Numbered from the stretch's first letter, positions 52,178-63,605 are shown. The stretch: DNA of 64,000 bases from an uncultured delta proteobacterium (GCA_963727445.1 CAVSGI010000004.1:220873-284872); one strand, 5' to 3'. Notes: generated by a model from the sequence alone, not told the origin. Numbers and translations are program-made.

Positions 52178-53330
52178 ATGCACCGGCTGCCCCAGGTGCT
52201 CGCCGCGGCAGTGTCGCTGGCCGCGGCGATGCCAGGGGCGGCGCGCGCGCAGTGCGACCAGGACTTCGGAGACTCGGCCTTCTCGGGCGACCCGGCGCCG
52301 CCGTGCATGGCACCGCCGCCCTCGCTGCCGCCGATCCGCTTCGGCCTCGAGCTCCAGCTCGGCTGGGCCGATCACGACGCGCCCCTGAGCCACGCGACGA
52401 GCGGGGTCGGGCTCTACGCGGACGTGGCGCTCCTGTCCTTCCTCGGCGTGGGCGTGCGCGCATCACACCGCGGCATGGCGAGCGACGGAACGAGCCAGGA
52501 CGGGCTCGAGGCCTTCGTCGTGACGGGCGGCCCCCGCTTCACCTTCTTCACCGAGCCCGCGCGTCACGAAGCCTTTCGCCTCGGTCTCGACGCGGGCGTG
52601 CTCGCCGTGGTCGACGGCGTCGGCAGCTCCGGGCCCATCCTCGAGGTCTCCCTCGAACGCCAGGCTGGAAACCTGCTGCGCGGCCACGGCTATCCGCGGC
52701 CCGCGCACGGCACCGCCCTCGAGCTGGGCGTGGCCTTCCGCTATCAGCAGGGCCTCGGTGACGCCTCGGCCTACCGCGCCTTTCTCGTCACCACCTACGC
52801 CGGCACCGAGCTCCTGTCTCGCCTGCCCGAAGGCGCCCCGCCCCGCCGCACGAGACCCAGCCTCGCATACACCTTCTCGGGGGCGGTCGCCGGCGGCATC
52901 TCCGTCGGCGACCTCGCGGGCGCCGGCGGCCTGGCGAAGCTCGGCGTGGGCTTTCCCTTCGGCAAGTGGCTCGCCCTCGAGATCGCCTCGGACGCGATGA
53001 TCATCGGCCAGCCAGAGACCAATCCCGCCACCGTGTACTCCATCCTCGGGGGGCTCAGAACCCCGCGGTGGTTTCTCCTCTTCGTCGAGGTCCTCGCCGG
53101 CTACTCCTTCGTCCTCGGCCCCGAGACACGCAGCCTCGACTCGGGCCCGAATCCTCGACATCGTCGCGGGCGCGCAGCTCCCCAACGTCTTCGGTTGCGG
53201 TTTCGGCGTGACCTTCGGGCCGGCGACCCGCATCGGTCTCGGGGACGGCACCGCGGGCTGGGCCATGATCGGCGCCCAGCTCGGCATGCGCTACGACAGC
53301 CTCATCCGCGCCGCGGAGTGCGGCTACTAA
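52178..53330 (+). CDS. Outer-membrane beta-barrel-like protein; apparent frameshift near 53150
   Basis: Signal ending ARA; amphipathic Gly/aromatic strands; continues in a shifted frame as ILDIVAGAQL...LGMRYD...ECGY stop at 53330. Confidence 0.6.
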
Positions 53331-55078
53331 CGGGTCTCGCGCTCGCCCGCGTCGCAGTCGAGGTCGTCGCCGTCGATGAGGCCGTCGCCGTCGTTGTCGA
53401 AGAGGTCGGTGCAGCGGCACTCGTCCGGGGTGCGCTCGGTGACGCCGAGCACCTCGAGGAGCTCAATCTCGTCGTCGATGTGCGTCGCGTAGGTCTGAGC
53501 GGTGGCGGCGTCGCGGATCACGAGGCTGTTCTCGTCGTTCTCGGCGGCGCCCGACGCGGAGAGATTCATGGAGCCGGTGAAGACCGCGTCGTCGACCACG
53601 ACCACCTTGTTGTGGTTGCGAACCTGCGCGCTTCCGTTGCCCCAGTTCGTGATCCAGGTCTCGACGCCCTCGGCGCAGAGGTAGTCGTCGCGGGAGTACT
53701 TGCTCCCCGACTTCACGAAGTCCCACACGGTGCGGACCGAGACGCCGCGCTCTGCGGCGCGCACCATGGCGAGCGACAGGCAGGCGTCGGTGGCGGAGTA
53801 CATCGTCATCCAGATGCGCTCCTCGGCTTCGCCGAGGAGCCCGAAGCCGTCCTCGCCCTGGGCGCAGTAGTCGCAGCTGAAGCGGCTTCCGCTGGGGCGG
53901 CAAACGCAATTCGCGCCGGGGGCGCTGCACGCCGGATCCAGGTCGTCGCGCCGGACGGTGCTCGCGTCGCCGCGCAGGGCGCGCATCGCGTCGTCGGAGG
54001 GCGAGAAGAGGGCCTGCACCGAGCCGCCGCCCGGCAGCGCCACCGGACCATCGTCGCTCCGGTTCTCGGTGCACGCGGGGCTGCACTCCGTGCAGGAGCT
54101 CCGCTCGTCGAGTCGCTCGGTGGCGCAGTGACGATAGAACTGGCCGAGCTCGCCGGTGTAGCGCGCCACCAGGTCCGGCACGCCTCGGATGATGACCGTG
54201 TTGTTGTGGTTCTCCTCGAGGCCCGACAGGGTGAAGTTCGTCGAGCCCGTCATCAGGACGGGTGAGGGACCGTCGCGATCCACGACCACGAACTTGTCGT
54301 GCATCAGGCCGTAGCTGCGGACGAAATCCACGTGAACGCCACAGCCCGCGAGGCCGGCGCCCCCATAGAAGGAGTCGTAGTAGCTGCGCGCCCCCGGGAA
54401 CTCAGAGGTCTCGTCGCTGAGGACCTTCACGTCGACGCCGTCCTCCGCCGCGTTGCAGAGCGCATCGATGATGGCGGGCTCATCGAGCCCGTAGACCGCG
54501 ACCTCGATGCTCTGCTCGGCGCCCTGAATCACGCCCAGGATTGCGTCGCGGAGCGGGCCCGCCGGGTCGTTGCAGTCCTGGCAGTCGGGGGTGTTGAAGA
54601 CGACCTCGACGCCGGCGTCGGGCGCCGGCTCGGTGGCCACGTTCAGATCGCCGTAGGCCGGCGCGCTCCCCCAGTTGAGCACCGTGAGCGAATACTCCAC
54701 GCCCCCTTGGCCGCGACTGGCCGACACCGTCACGTAGGGGCTGCGCCCGCGCCAGCTCCGGCGGCGGTAGTCCTCGTGCTCGACCACCAGCTGGAGACGC
54801 TCCCAGCTGCGCGCGCGATCCTGGTCGGTCGTGACCCGGAGCTGGCCCCAGGTTCGGAAGGTCATCTGCGTGGCGCCGGGGATCCCGTCCACTGCGGGCT
54901 CGACCTCGAAGGGGACCGCCACCTCGACCACCTCGTCGGCCTTGCCCGCGAGGGGGAAATCACCGAGGTCGAGAGGCTGCTCCGACGCGTCCGCGGCACA
55001 GGCCGAAGCCAATGCGAGAACGAGGGCTCCGAAGAGCCGCGCGGGGGATGAGCGGTCCACGAAGTACGATCTGAGCAA
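53327..55078 (-). CDS. Phospholipase D superfamily lipoprotein (Nuc/PLD6-like, two HKD motifs)
   Basis: Lipobox ASAC with GKAD motif; MHDKFVVVD...TGSTNFT...N.N and NHNKVVVVD...TGSMNLS...NDEN; C-terminal DNDGDGLID repeat. Confidence 0.85.
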   Translation of the reverse strand: MLRSYFVDRSSPARLFGALVLALASACAADASEQPLDLGDFPLAGKADEVVEVAVPFEVEPAVDGIPGATQMTFRTWGQLRVTTDQDRARSWERLQLVVEHEDYRRRSWRGRSPYVTVSASRGQGGVEYSLTVLNWGSAPAYGDLNVATEPAPDAGVEVVFNTPDCQDCNDPAGPLRDAILGVIQGAEQSIEVAVYGLDEPAIIDALCNAAEDGVDVKVLSDETSEFPGARSYYDSFYGGAGLAGCGVHVDFVRSYGLMHDKFVVVDRDGPSPVLMTGSTNFTLSGLEENHNNTVIIRGVPDLVARYTGELGQFYRHCATERLDERSSCTECSPACTENRSDDGPVALPGGGSVQALFSPSDDAMRALRGDASTVRRDDLDPACSAPGANCVCRPSGSRFSCDYCAQGEDGFGLLGEAEERIWMTMYSATDACLSLAMVRAAERGVSVRTVWDFVKSGSKYSRDDYLCAEGVETWITNWGNGSAQVRNHNKVVVVDDAVFTGSMNLSASGAAENDENSLVIRDAATAQTYATHIDDEIELLEVLGVTERTPDECRCTDLFDNDGDGLIDGDDLDCDAGERETR

Positions 55079-55251
55079 CCTTCGTGCCTCCGGCGGTCAC
55101 CTGAATGTCACGTGATATCGCGCCCGATCCCTGGCTACTCGCCTAGCCAGCCCGGCGGCTGAGGGCGCGAGCGCATCGAAGCACCGGCCTTCCAGCCCCG
55201 AGCTCGACAAGGTCGGTCCGTCACACCTGGCGTTGCTCTACCCTGCCGCGC

Positions 55252-56964
55252 GTGACGGCTCTTGTCACCGTCCTGGTCCTCGCGGCCTTTGGGCTCGGCT
55301 ACCGCTTCTACGCCCGCTGGGTGGGGCGCCGCATCTACCACGACGAGGAGGCGATCGAGGTCCCGGCGCAAGCCCTGAGGGACGACCGCGACTTCGTGCC
55401 CACCGACAAGCACGTCCTGTTCGGCCATCACTTCACCTCCATCGCCGGCGCGGCCCCCATCATCGGCCCCTGCGTCGCGGCCTATTGGGGCTGGTTGCCG
55501 GCGCTCCTCTGGGTCGTCCTCGGCGCGATCTTCATGGGGGCGGTGCACGACTTCGGCGCGTTGGTGGTGAGCGTCCGGGAGCGGGGGCGCTCCATCGCCG
55601 ACATCACGGGCTCGGTGATCGGACCCCGCGCGCGGCTCATGTTCCTGAGCTTCGTCGTGGTCCTGGTGTGGCTGGTGCTGGCGGTCTTCGCGATGGCCAT
55701 CGCCGGTCTCTTCGTCTCGCAGCCGACCTCGGTCGTGCCCATCAACATCGAGATCGTGATCGCGGTCGTCGTGGGCTACCTGCTCTACCGCCGCGGCGTC
55801 GGCCCGCTGGTTCCTTCCCTGGTCGCCCTCGCGCTCCTCTACCTCTTCGTGTGGGTGGGCACCTGGGCGCCGGTCGACCTGACGCAGATGGGGCTCAGCA
55901 CGAAGGAAGCGAACCAGGCGTGGATCGTCTTTCTCCTCGTCTATGCCTCCGTCGCCAGCCTGCTGCCCGTCTGGCTCCTGCTTCAGCCGCGAGACTTCAT
56001 CAACAGCCATCAGCTCGTCGTCGGCCTCGGCCTCCTCTTCGCCGGGCTCCTCGTCGCCCATCCCGAGTTCGACGCGCCGGCGATCCGCGTCACCGGTGAA
56101 GATGCGCCCGCGATCTTTCCACTGCTCTTCGTGACCATCGCCTGCGGCGCCATCAGCGGCTTCCACGGCCTCGTCAGCTCGGGGACGACCTCGAAGCAGC
56201 TGAGCCACCTCTCCGATGCGCGCATGATCGGCTACGGCGCGATGCTCGGCGAAGGCGCGCTGGCGCTCGCCTCGACCATGGCGGCGGTCGCTGGGGTCGG
56301 CCTCGTCGCAGCGTGCAGCCTCCCGGGGCAGGGCGCGGTCGAGGACCTCTCGTGGTCGCTCTACTACGACACCTGGGCTCACGCGGGCGCGAACAAGGCC
56401 ACCGCGTTCGTCCTCGGCGGCGGCGCGTTCCTCGAGTCGCTGGGCTTTTCCGCCGAGCTCTCGCGCACGCTCATGGCCGTTCTGGTGATCTCCTTCGCCG
56501 CCACCACCCTCGACACGGCGACGCGCATTCAGCGCTTCATCCTCGCGGAGATGGGGGAGGCGATCTCCTTCGCGCCGCTGAGGAATCCGTATGTCGGAAC
56601 GCTTCTCGCCGTGGCGCCGGCGGCGCTCCTCGCCTTCTGGGAGGTGCCCGATCCAGGCAGCGGTCTGGTGCGGCAGGCGGGCTGGGTGCTCTGGCCGATC
56701 TTCGGCGCGAGCAATCAGATGCTGGCCGCGCTCACCTTGATGGTCCTCGCCCTCTATTTTCACGCGCGGAAGCGGCCGGTGCTCCCACTGCTGCTGCCGA
56801 TGATCTTCACCACCCTGGTGACCTTCCTCGCCATGCTCGGCAAGCTCGCGGAGTTCTGGGATCGTGACAACTACCCGATGGCCGGCCTCGCGTTACTTCT
56901 GTCGACGATGACGGTGTGGATGCTGGTCGAAGGTGCTGCCGCCCTTCGAAAAACGACGCGCTGA
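55252..56964 (+). CDS. cstA: Carbon starvation protein A (peptide/pyruvate transporter)
   Basis: FGHHFTSIAGAAPIIGP; LLQPRDFIN; TIACGAISGFH; IGYGAMLGEG; TTLDTATR; LWPIFGASNQMLA. Confidence 0.93.
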   Translation: MTALVTVLVLAAFGLGYRFYARWVGRRIYHDEEAIEVPAQALRDDRDFVPTDKHVLFGHHFTSIAGAAPIIGPCVAAYWGWLPALLWVVLGAIFMGAVHDFGALVVSVRERGRSIADITGSVIGPRARLMFLSFVVVLVWLVLAVFAMAIAGLFVSQPTSVVPINIEIVIAVVVGYLLYRRGVGPLVPSLVALALLYLFVWVGTWAPVDLTQMGLSTKEANQAWIVFLLVYASVASLLPVWLLLQPRDFINSHQLVVGLGLLFAGLLVAHPEFDAPAIRVTGEDAPAIFPLLFVTIACGAISGFHGLVSSGTTSKQLSHLSDARMIGYGAMLGEGALALASTMAAVAGVGLVAACSLPGQGAVEDLSWSLYYDTWAHAGANKATAFVLGGGAFLESLGFSAELSRTLMAVLVISFAATTLDTATRIQRFILAEMGEAISFAPLRNPYVGTLLAVAPAALLAFWEVPDPGSGLVRQAGWVLWPIFGASNQMLAALTLMVLALYFHARKRPVLPLLLPMIFTTLVTFLAMLGKLAEFWDRDNYPMAGLALLLSTMTVWMLVEGAAALRKTTR

Positions 56965-57034
56965 AGCGGCGCCATCGTTGCGCCCGGACCGGTCAGCCGG
57001 CATGCTCTCGACCGCGTCCTCGCATGTAGAAGGC

Positions 57035-57880
57035 ATGGAGCTCGACTGCATCATCCTCGATTTCGACGGCACCTTCACCGACGTGGAGAAGGAAGCCGTC
57101 CCCTTCCTCGAGGCCTATCGCGACGATCTGGCGGCGCACCTCGGAGCGGAGGCGGTCTCCGGTTGGGACGAAGCGGCGGCGTCGATCGGCGCCGACCCCG
57201 ACAGCTACGGTTGGGAGTTCGACGGGCGCATCGTGGCCCCCTCGCACGCCGATCCCTACATCATGGCGACCTCCACCGCCCAGAAGCTCTTGGACGAGCA
57301 CGGGCTGATGAAGGACGCCGAAGAGCGACGCTCCTTTCTCGAGGACGTCTTCCGGCGCAACTACCCGAAGGCGGCCAACGTCTTTCGACCGGACGCGCGC
57401 GAAGTGGTGGAAGAGCTCCTGGCGACGGGCCGCCCGGTCTACGTCGTGACCAACAGCCTCACCGATGCCGTCGAGGCCAAGCTCGACGACCTGGCGCCGC
57501 GTGGCCGCGACAAGCTCCGCGTCTATGGCAACGCGAAGAAGTACGTGATCGCCGAGCCGACGGGCACCGTGGATGGTTTCGCCAGCCTCCCGGAGACCCT
57601 GGCGCTGCCCGGTCTCGACCGGCCGATCTTCCTTCGCCGGGGCCTCTACTGGGACGCGCTCTCGTCGGTGCTCGCGGACGCGGGCGCGGCTCCCTCGCGG
57701 ACGTTGGTCGCGGGCGACATCTTCGAGCTCGATCTCGCGCTGCCCGCCGCCCTCGGCTTCGCCATCCATCTGGTGGCCCGTCCCAAGACGCCCAGCTACG
57801 AACGGGACGCCGTCCGGACCCACGCGCGCGGGGCCGTGAGCGAGGACCTGGCCTCCGTCGCCGCCCGGGTGCGGAACTGA
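57035..57880 (+). CDS. HAD superfamily hydrolase
   Basis: LDFDGT; VVTNS; GNAKK; VAGDIFELDL..P. Confidence 0.85.
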   Translation: MELDCIILDFDGTFTDVEKEAVPFLEAYRDDLAAHLGAEAVSGWDEAAASIGADPDSYGWEFDGRIVAPSHADPYIMATSTAQKLLDEHGLMKDAEERRSFLEDVFRRNYPKAANVFRPDAREVVEELLATGRPVYVVTNSLTDAVEAKLDDLAPRGRDKLRVYGNAKKYVIAEPTGTVDGFASLPETLALPGLDRPIFLRRGLYWDALSSVLADAGAAPSRTLVAGDIFELDLALPAALGFAIHLVARPKTPSYERDAVRTHARGAVSEDLASVAARVRN

Positions 57881-57924
57881 GCGGAACATTGTCCCGCGCT
57901 TGGGCGTAGGCTTTGGGGGAACCC

Positions 57925-59175
57925 ATGGCCCGCTCCGGGAACGACAAGACGCTGCTCTTCGCGGGTTTGGGTCTCTTTGCCCTGCTCGCGTCCTGTCTGG
58001 GTTGCGCCGGGCTCTTCTCGCTGGGCGTCGTCTTGTCGCGACAAGACGTCGTCGCCGAAGGTCCCGTCGATCCCTTCGATCCCATCGCGCCTCCGGACGA
58101 TCCCGACCCGGATGGGCAGCCCGGCCAGGCGACGCAGGTCCGCGAGATGCGCACGCGCTATCGGCCCGGACCCCACGTCGAGGTCGAGGGGATGCTCCCC
58201 TCCGGGCGCCTCTCGGTGCAGCGCATCGAACACGGCTCCCGCGACGGGCGAACCATCGATACCCCGTGGATCGTGGGTGGCGCCGAGCTCCACCCGACCG
58301 CGGCGCCCGATGCCTCGCCCGCGACCGCCGCGCGACCCGCGATCACCCACGGCGACGCGGGCGGTGAGCTCGTGATCCTGGCGGGCGTGCCGGCGCGCTT
58401 GCCCATCCGCCTCGAGGCCGGGACCGGAACCGACACCGAAGTGCGCGGTCTCTACATCGCCTTCCACGACTACCCGGGGCACTTCTTCCTGCCCGCGACC
58501 GTCGACACCGAGCTGGGGCAGATTCAGATCGCGGGAGCGGAGGCGGCCGAAGTGATCTTCGGCCTCGATGCGGCGGTGGGCCCGCATGGTGAGCCGATCA
58601 CGGGCGTGCCCCTCGAGGTGACGATGTATGTCGCCGCGGTGGACGTCGAAGGCCGCGTGTCGCCGTACCTGCAGCGCCAGCTGCGCGTGATGCCGGTGGG
58701 GACGGGCGACGTGGAGGTGACGGTGACGATGAGCCAGAGCACCGACCTGGACCTCTACGTCGTCGATCCGACGGGCAACACCGTTTACTACGGCAACACC
58801 AACTCGGAAAACGGCGGTCAGCTCGACCTCGACGCCAACGCGGCCTGTAGCTCCAACATGGGCGTCGACAACGAGCACGTCTTCTGGCCGAGCGGCAGGG
58901 CGCCCGCGGGGACCTACACGGTGCGGGTCGCGCACTTCGAGAGCTGCATCGGCGAGGCGCCCTTCGACTATCGTGTCACCGTCGAGAACTGCGGCGAGAC
59001 GGTGGTGCTCGCAGGTCACTTCGCAGCAGGGCCGGGCAACACCGATACCTGCACGTCCATGGACCACGACGACCCGAGCTGGTGCCAGCAGGTGGTGGAG
59101 TTCGAGGTCGCGCCCTGCGAGGGCGGGTCCGCGCCTGCGGCCGGGCAGATCGGGACGCCGGGGCAGGTCCTATAG
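57925..59175 (+). CDS. YfaP/DUF2135-like exported protein
   Basis: N-terminal membrane anchor; GTGDVEVTVT...DLDLYVVDPTG..VYYG....GGQLDLDAN...NEH.FW...P.GTY.V.V. Confidence 0.75.
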   Translation: MARSGNDKTLLFAGLGLFALLASCLGCAGLFSLGVVLSRQDVVAEGPVDPFDPIAPPDDPDPDGQPGQATQVREMRTRYRPGPHVEVEGMLPSGRLSVQRIEHGSRDGRTIDTPWIVGGAELHPTAAPDASPATAARPAITHGDAGGELVILAGVPARLPIRLEAGTGTDTEVRGLYIAFHDYPGHFFLPATVDTELGQIQIAGAEAAEVIFGLDAAVGPHGEPITGVPLEVTMYVAAVDVEGRVSPYLQRQLRVMPVGTGDVEVTVTMSQSTDLDLYVVDPTGNTVYYGNTNSENGGQLDLDANAACSSNMGVDNEHVFWPSGRAPAGTYTVRVAHFESCIGEAPFDYRVTVENCGETVVLAGHFAAGPGNTDTCTSMDHDDPSWCQQVVEFEVAPCEGGSAPAAGQIGTPGQVL

Positions 59176-60366
59176 CGCGGCCAGCGCCGCGTCGATGGTC
59201 TCGAGGACCTTCTTCACCTCGTCATGGGCGTTGGGCCAGTGGGGTGAGAAGCGCAGGCGCCCGTCGGGGATGCTCGCGCTCACCCCGCGCGCGGCGAGGG
59301 CGCGGTTCAGCGCGACCACGTCCACCCCTTCGGGCGGCAGGACGGAGAGGATCGCGGAGCGCGAGTCGGCGATGGGCGAGCGCAGGGAGCGAAAGCCGCG
59401 CTCGTCGAGGGACTCCTCGAGCACATCCAGATAGGCGGAGACGTGCTCGAAGATCGCGGAGACGCCGAGCTGCGTGATGAGCTCGACCGACGCTTCGAGG
59501 GCCGCCGAGCCCACCGCGCTGAGAGAGCCGAGCTCGACAAAGTCGATCCCCTCGCGAAAGGGCTTGTCGTAGTCGAGCTTGCCGATGCCTTCGCTCAGAA
59601 AGGCCACGGGGTCGCGGTAGCTGAGCCACCCGGCGACGTTGCGCCGGAGCTTCGCCGCGCGCGCGGCAGGCGCGTAGAGGTACCCGAGGCCCTCGATGCC
59701 CATGAGCCATTTGTGAGCGCCGCCCGCGAGGTAGTCGATCCCCGTCTGCTTCACGTCGAGGGGCACGGCGCCCACCGCCTGGATCCCGTCGACGAAGACC
59801 TCGGCGCCCCGTTCGTGGGCGGCGGCGGCGATGCGCTGGAGCGGCATCCTCAGGCCGCTCTGGAACTCGACCGCGCTCACCGCGACCAGGCGTGCGCCGC
59901 GGGAGAGGGCGCTCTCGAGGGACTCGATGCCCTCATCGGGGTGGCGCGCGAAGGGAACGAGGGGCAGGCGCTCGACCTCGAGCTCGAAGAGCTCGGCGGC
60001 GCGGAGCCAGGGGGTGACGTTGGCTGGAAACTCTCCTTCGAAGACCACCACGCGGTCGCCGCGTTCCCAGGGGAAGGACAGGGCGATGGCGGCCGCCCCC
60101 CAGGAGGTGCCCGGCGTGAGTGCCAGCTCGCTCGCGTCGGCCCCGATGAGCCCTCCGAGCTTCTTCTTCAGCGTGAGGCGCTGTGGGATCCAGCGCCCGA
60201 TCGCTTCGAGCCCGCGCGCCGCGTAGTCGCCCAGAACCTCTTCGGCCGCCTTTTCGACGGGCACCGAGACCGCGCTCACCGCGGCGTGGTTCAGATAGGC
60301 GTGAGGCGTCAGCTTCGGAAAGAGGCTCCGATCTCCGAGGCGCGCCAGGTACCGGGTACCCGACAT
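59170..60366 (-). CDS. Aminotransferase class V / cysteine desulfurase-like PLP enzyme
   Basis: YLNHAA; EFPANV.PW; VDGIQAVGA; GAHKWLMG; LRFSPH..N. Confidence 0.88.
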   Translation of the reverse strand: MSGTRYLARLGDRSLFPKLTPHAYLNHAAVSAVSVPVEKAAEEVLGDYAARGLEAIGRWIPQRLTLKKKLGGLIGADASELALTPGTSWGAAAIALSFPWERGDRVVVFEGEFPANVTPWLRAAELFELEVERLPLVPFARHPDEGIESLESALSRGARLVAVSAVEFQSGLRMPLQRIAAAAHERGAEVFVDGIQAVGAVPLDVKQTGIDYLAGGAHKWLMGIEGLGYLYAPAARAAKLRRNVAGWLSYRDPVAFLSEGIGKLDYDKPFREGIDFVELGSLSAVGSAALEASVELITQLGVSAIFEHVSAYLDVLEESLDERGFRSLRSPIADSRSAILSVLPPEGVDVVALNRALAARGVSASIPDGRLRFSPHWPNAHDEVKKVLETIDAALAAL

Positions 60367-60409
60367 GAGCCGAGCGTATCCCGGACGACCTGGCCCGAAA
60401 AGCCTTTCG

Positions 60410-62374
60410 TCAGCAGACCGGGTCGGTCGAACAGTCCGGATCCACGCAGTCGATCAGACCGTCGCAGTCGTCGTCGCGCATGTTCGAGCAGTCCTCGGGC
60501 AGGGGCATGCAGCAGGCGAGGGAGCCCGCGCAATTCGGGTCGGCGCAGTCGATCAGCCCGTCGCAGTCCTGGTCCACCCCGTCGTCGCAGATCTCGGGCA
60601 TGGGCACGCAACACTCCGGGCGTCCGGCGCACTCCGAGTCCGCACAGTCCGTGTTCCCGTCGGAGTCGTTGTCGATCATGTCGCCGCAGAACGGCGCTTC
60701 GAAGGCCCGGATGTTGAGCTGGAAGTCGCCGGCGGTGAAGCCGTTGCCGTCGACCACGATCACCAGGCGCGTGCCCGCGACCACGCTGCGCGTGATCCGC
60801 GAAGCGGGGGCGATCGCGTCGTTGTCGCAGGCGATCTCCGGACCCATGCACGAGCCGTCGCGGAGGCTGAGCACGGTGTCGAAGCTGGAGCCACGGGTGT
60901 CGAAGCGATAGCGCGCGGTCCGCGGCGCGGTCCAGGCGATCCCCACGTCGGGCGAGGCGCTCATCGCGCAGCTCGGGGTGAGGTCGTCGCCCTGACCTCT
61001 GGTGGACCCTCGCGCGACGCCGAACCCGATGGCGCGGCCGATGTCCATCTCGGGGCAGGTGCGCATGCACGCGGGGTCGGAGCCGCAGTCGGGATCGCGG
61101 CAGTCGGTGAGGCCGTCGCGATCGTTGTCGATCCCATCGGTGCAGTTGCCGACCTCGGTTGCAGCGGGGTTGATGTTGAGGACGTAGTTGCCGACGGATC
61201 CCATGCCGAAGCCGTCGACGACGATCACCACCTCCTGGCCGCCGCGCAGCGAGAGCAGCACCCGTGATTGAACGCCCGGGCCGGAGTCGTCATCGCAGGC
61301 GATCTCGGGGCCGAAGCACCCGCTGGTGTGCACGTGGAGCGCGGTGTCGTAGTCGGAGCCGATGGTGTCGATCGAGAAGCGGCCGGTGAAGGGCGCCCGC
61401 CATGAATAGGCGAACTCGGGAGAGGCCGCGCTGCCGGCGCATGACGCCGTCAGACGGCTGAGCCGGCCCACGGTCGAGCCGGTGGCGACGCGTGGCCCGA
61501 CGCGTGAGCCCAGATCCCCGTCGGGGCAGGTGGCGGTGCAATCCGGCGTGGATCGACAGTCGAAGTCCGCGCAGTCGACGCGCCCATCGCAGTCGTCGTC
61601 CACCATGTTCGAGCAGTCTTCGGGCGCGGGCATGCAGCACGCCGGATCGGAGAAACAGATCGGGTCCATGCAGTCGATGAGCCCGTTGCAGTCGTCGTCG
61701 ATGCCGTTGGCGCAGAACTCGGGTGCAGGCATGCAGCCGCACCCCGGAAAGCCGCGGCAGATCGGGTCCATGCAGTCGACGAGCCCGTTGCAGTCGTCGT
61801 CGATGCCGTTGTCGCAGCGCTCGGGCTCTGGCCGGCACATGCAGACGGGCGAGAAGCGACACGCGTCGTCGCCACAGTCGACGGCGAAGTTGCAGTCGTT
61901 GTCGACGCCGTCGTCGCAGAGCTCACGCATCGCGGGATTGACGTCGGGGCGCGTGTCGTCGCAGTCGTCGCCGCCGCACATGGCGGCGGGGAAGCCGTCT
62001 CCATCGGCGTCGACGCGGTCCGGCTCGAAGACGCAGCTCCGAGAGCGCTCGTCGCAGAAGTCGCTGGTGCAGGGGTCTCCGTCGTCGCAGAAAACGTCCA
62101 TCGAGCGGGCGCACCGGCCGCCCACGCACTGCTCGACCCCGTTGCAGAAGAAGCCGTCGTCGCAGTCCAGGTTCGTGCGGCAACTCGGGGGCAGGGTGTC
62201 GACGGAGGTGTCCCGGGAGGAGTCGACGCTGCTGTCGAAGCCCGTGTCACGCGCGGTGTCGGTCCCGCCGTCGCTGGGCAGGTCGTCGAGTGGGAGGGTG
62301 CGGCCGCAGCCAGCGATCAGGAGCAAGGCGGCGACGGTCGTGGACAGTGGGCGGTGGGAGGTCTCGTTCGGCAT
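60410..62374 (-). CDS. Cys-rich lipoprotein with MopE-like metal-binding repeats and two PPC-like domains
   Basis: Lipobox IAGC; repeated PE.C.NG.DDDC.G.IDC.DP.C; duplicated TCP..D.G...VA.GST.G....T.SCA...SP....W.AP.T.R...DT.GS..DT.L...EIACD.D. Confidence 0.85.
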   Translation of the reverse strand: MPNETSHRPLSTTVAALLLIAGCGRTLPLDDLPSDGGTDTARDTGFDSSVDSSRDTSVDTLPPSCRTNLDCDDGFFCNGVEQCVGGRCARSMDVFCDDGDPCTSDFCDERSRSCVFEPDRVDADGDGFPAAMCGGDDCDDTRPDVNPAMRELCDDGVDNDCNFAVDCGDDACRFSPVCMCRPEPERCDNGIDDDCNGLVDCMDPICRGFPGCGCMPAPEFCANGIDDDCNGLIDCMDPICFSDPACCMPAPEDCSNMVDDDCDGRVDCADFDCRSTPDCTATCPDGDLGSRVGPRVATGSTVGRLSRLTASCAGSAASPEFAYSWRAPFTGRFSIDTIGSDYDTALHVHTSGCFGPEIACDDDSGPGVQSRVLLSLRGGQEVVIVVDGFGMGSVGNYVLNINPAATEVGNCTDGIDNDRDGLTDCRDPDCGSDPACMRTCPEMDIGRAIGFGVARGSTRGQGDDLTPSCAMSASPDVGIAWTAPRTARYRFDTRGSSFDTVLSLRDGSCMGPEIACDNDAIAPASRITRSVVAGTRLVIVVDGNGFTAGDFQLNIRAFEAPFCGDMIDNDSDGNTDCADSECAGRPECCVPMPEICDDGVDQDCDGLIDCADPNCAGSLACCMPLPEDCSNMRDDDCDGLIDCVDPDCSTDPVC

Positions 62375-62512
62375 CGGGCTCTTCGTCAATTATGGCATTT
62401 CCCGGCGAATCGGCCGAAGAAGGGGGCGTCGCGTACCCATCTGTCGTCCGCCGAAGCCCATATTTTCAAAGCCTTTCAATTGTGGCCCCCCGCGGGCAGG
62501 ATGCGCCGGCCG

Positions 62513-63605
62513 ATGCTCTACCGTCTGGTGCTACGGCCCTTTCTGTGGCTGCTCGCGGCCGAGACCGCGCACCGCTTCGCTTTCGCCTGCCTGCGCCTGG
62601 GCGCCGCAGTGCCCGGCGGAAAGGCGCTCCTCTCCCTCCTCTACGGCTACCGAGCCGAGGCCGCCGAGACCGAGGCGTTCGGCATCACCTTCCCCACGCC
62701 GGTGGGCCTCGCCGCCGGCTTCGACAAGGACGCCGAGGGCTACGACGCCCTGGGCGCGCTGGGGTTCGGCTTCGTGGAGGTGGGCACCATCACCGGCCAG
62801 CCGCAGCCTGGCAATCCACCTCCGCGGCTCTTCCGGCTGCCGGCCGATCGCGCCCTCGTCAATCGGATGGGCTTCAACAATCACGGCTCCGAGGCTGCGG
62901 CGTCGCGCCTGTCCCGGGGGCGCCGTGGGGTGATCGGCATCAACATCGGCAAGACGAAGGTCGTGCCCGAAGAGGAGGCGACCACGGACTACGTGCTCAG
63001 CACGGAGCGCCTCGCCGCCCACGCCGATTACTTCGTGGTCAACGTCAGCTCACCCAACACGCCGGGGCTCCGCAACCTTCAGGCCGTGGACAAGCTGCGC
63101 CCGCTTCTGGTTGCGGTGCGCGAACGCTCGATGCGACGTCGCCAAAGAGGCGCGTCCCACTTCTGGTGAAGATCGCGCCCGACCTCGCCGACGACGACGT
63201 GGACGCCGTGGCCGATTCTCGCGCTCGAGCTGGGCCTCGACGGGATCATCGCCACCAACACCACCATCTCCCGTGAAGGGCTCGAGACGAGCGCACGAGA
63301 GGTGGAGCGCATCGGGGCCGGTGGGCTGTCGGGGGCGCCGCTTCGGGAATCGCGCGCTCGAAGTCTTGAGGCGGCTCCGCCGACGCGTGGGGGATGGCAT
63401 CGTGCTCGTGGCGGTTGGCGGGATCGCCACCGTCGACGACGCGTGGCAGCGCATCGTCGCCGGCGCGACCCTCGTCCAGATCTACACCGCGTTCATCTAC
63501 GAGGGCCCTGGGCTGCCCGGGCGACTCGCGCGCGGTCTGGTCGCGCGTGCGCGCGCCGAAGGCTTCGAACGCGTAGCGGATGCCGTCGGCTCGAAGGCCG
63601 AGTGA
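62513..63605 (+). CDS. pyrD: Quinone-dependent dihydroorotate dehydrogenase; several apparent frameshifts between about 63125 and 63355
   Basis: [63 protein letters not shown]-like; [13 protein letters not shown]. Confidence 0.9.
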
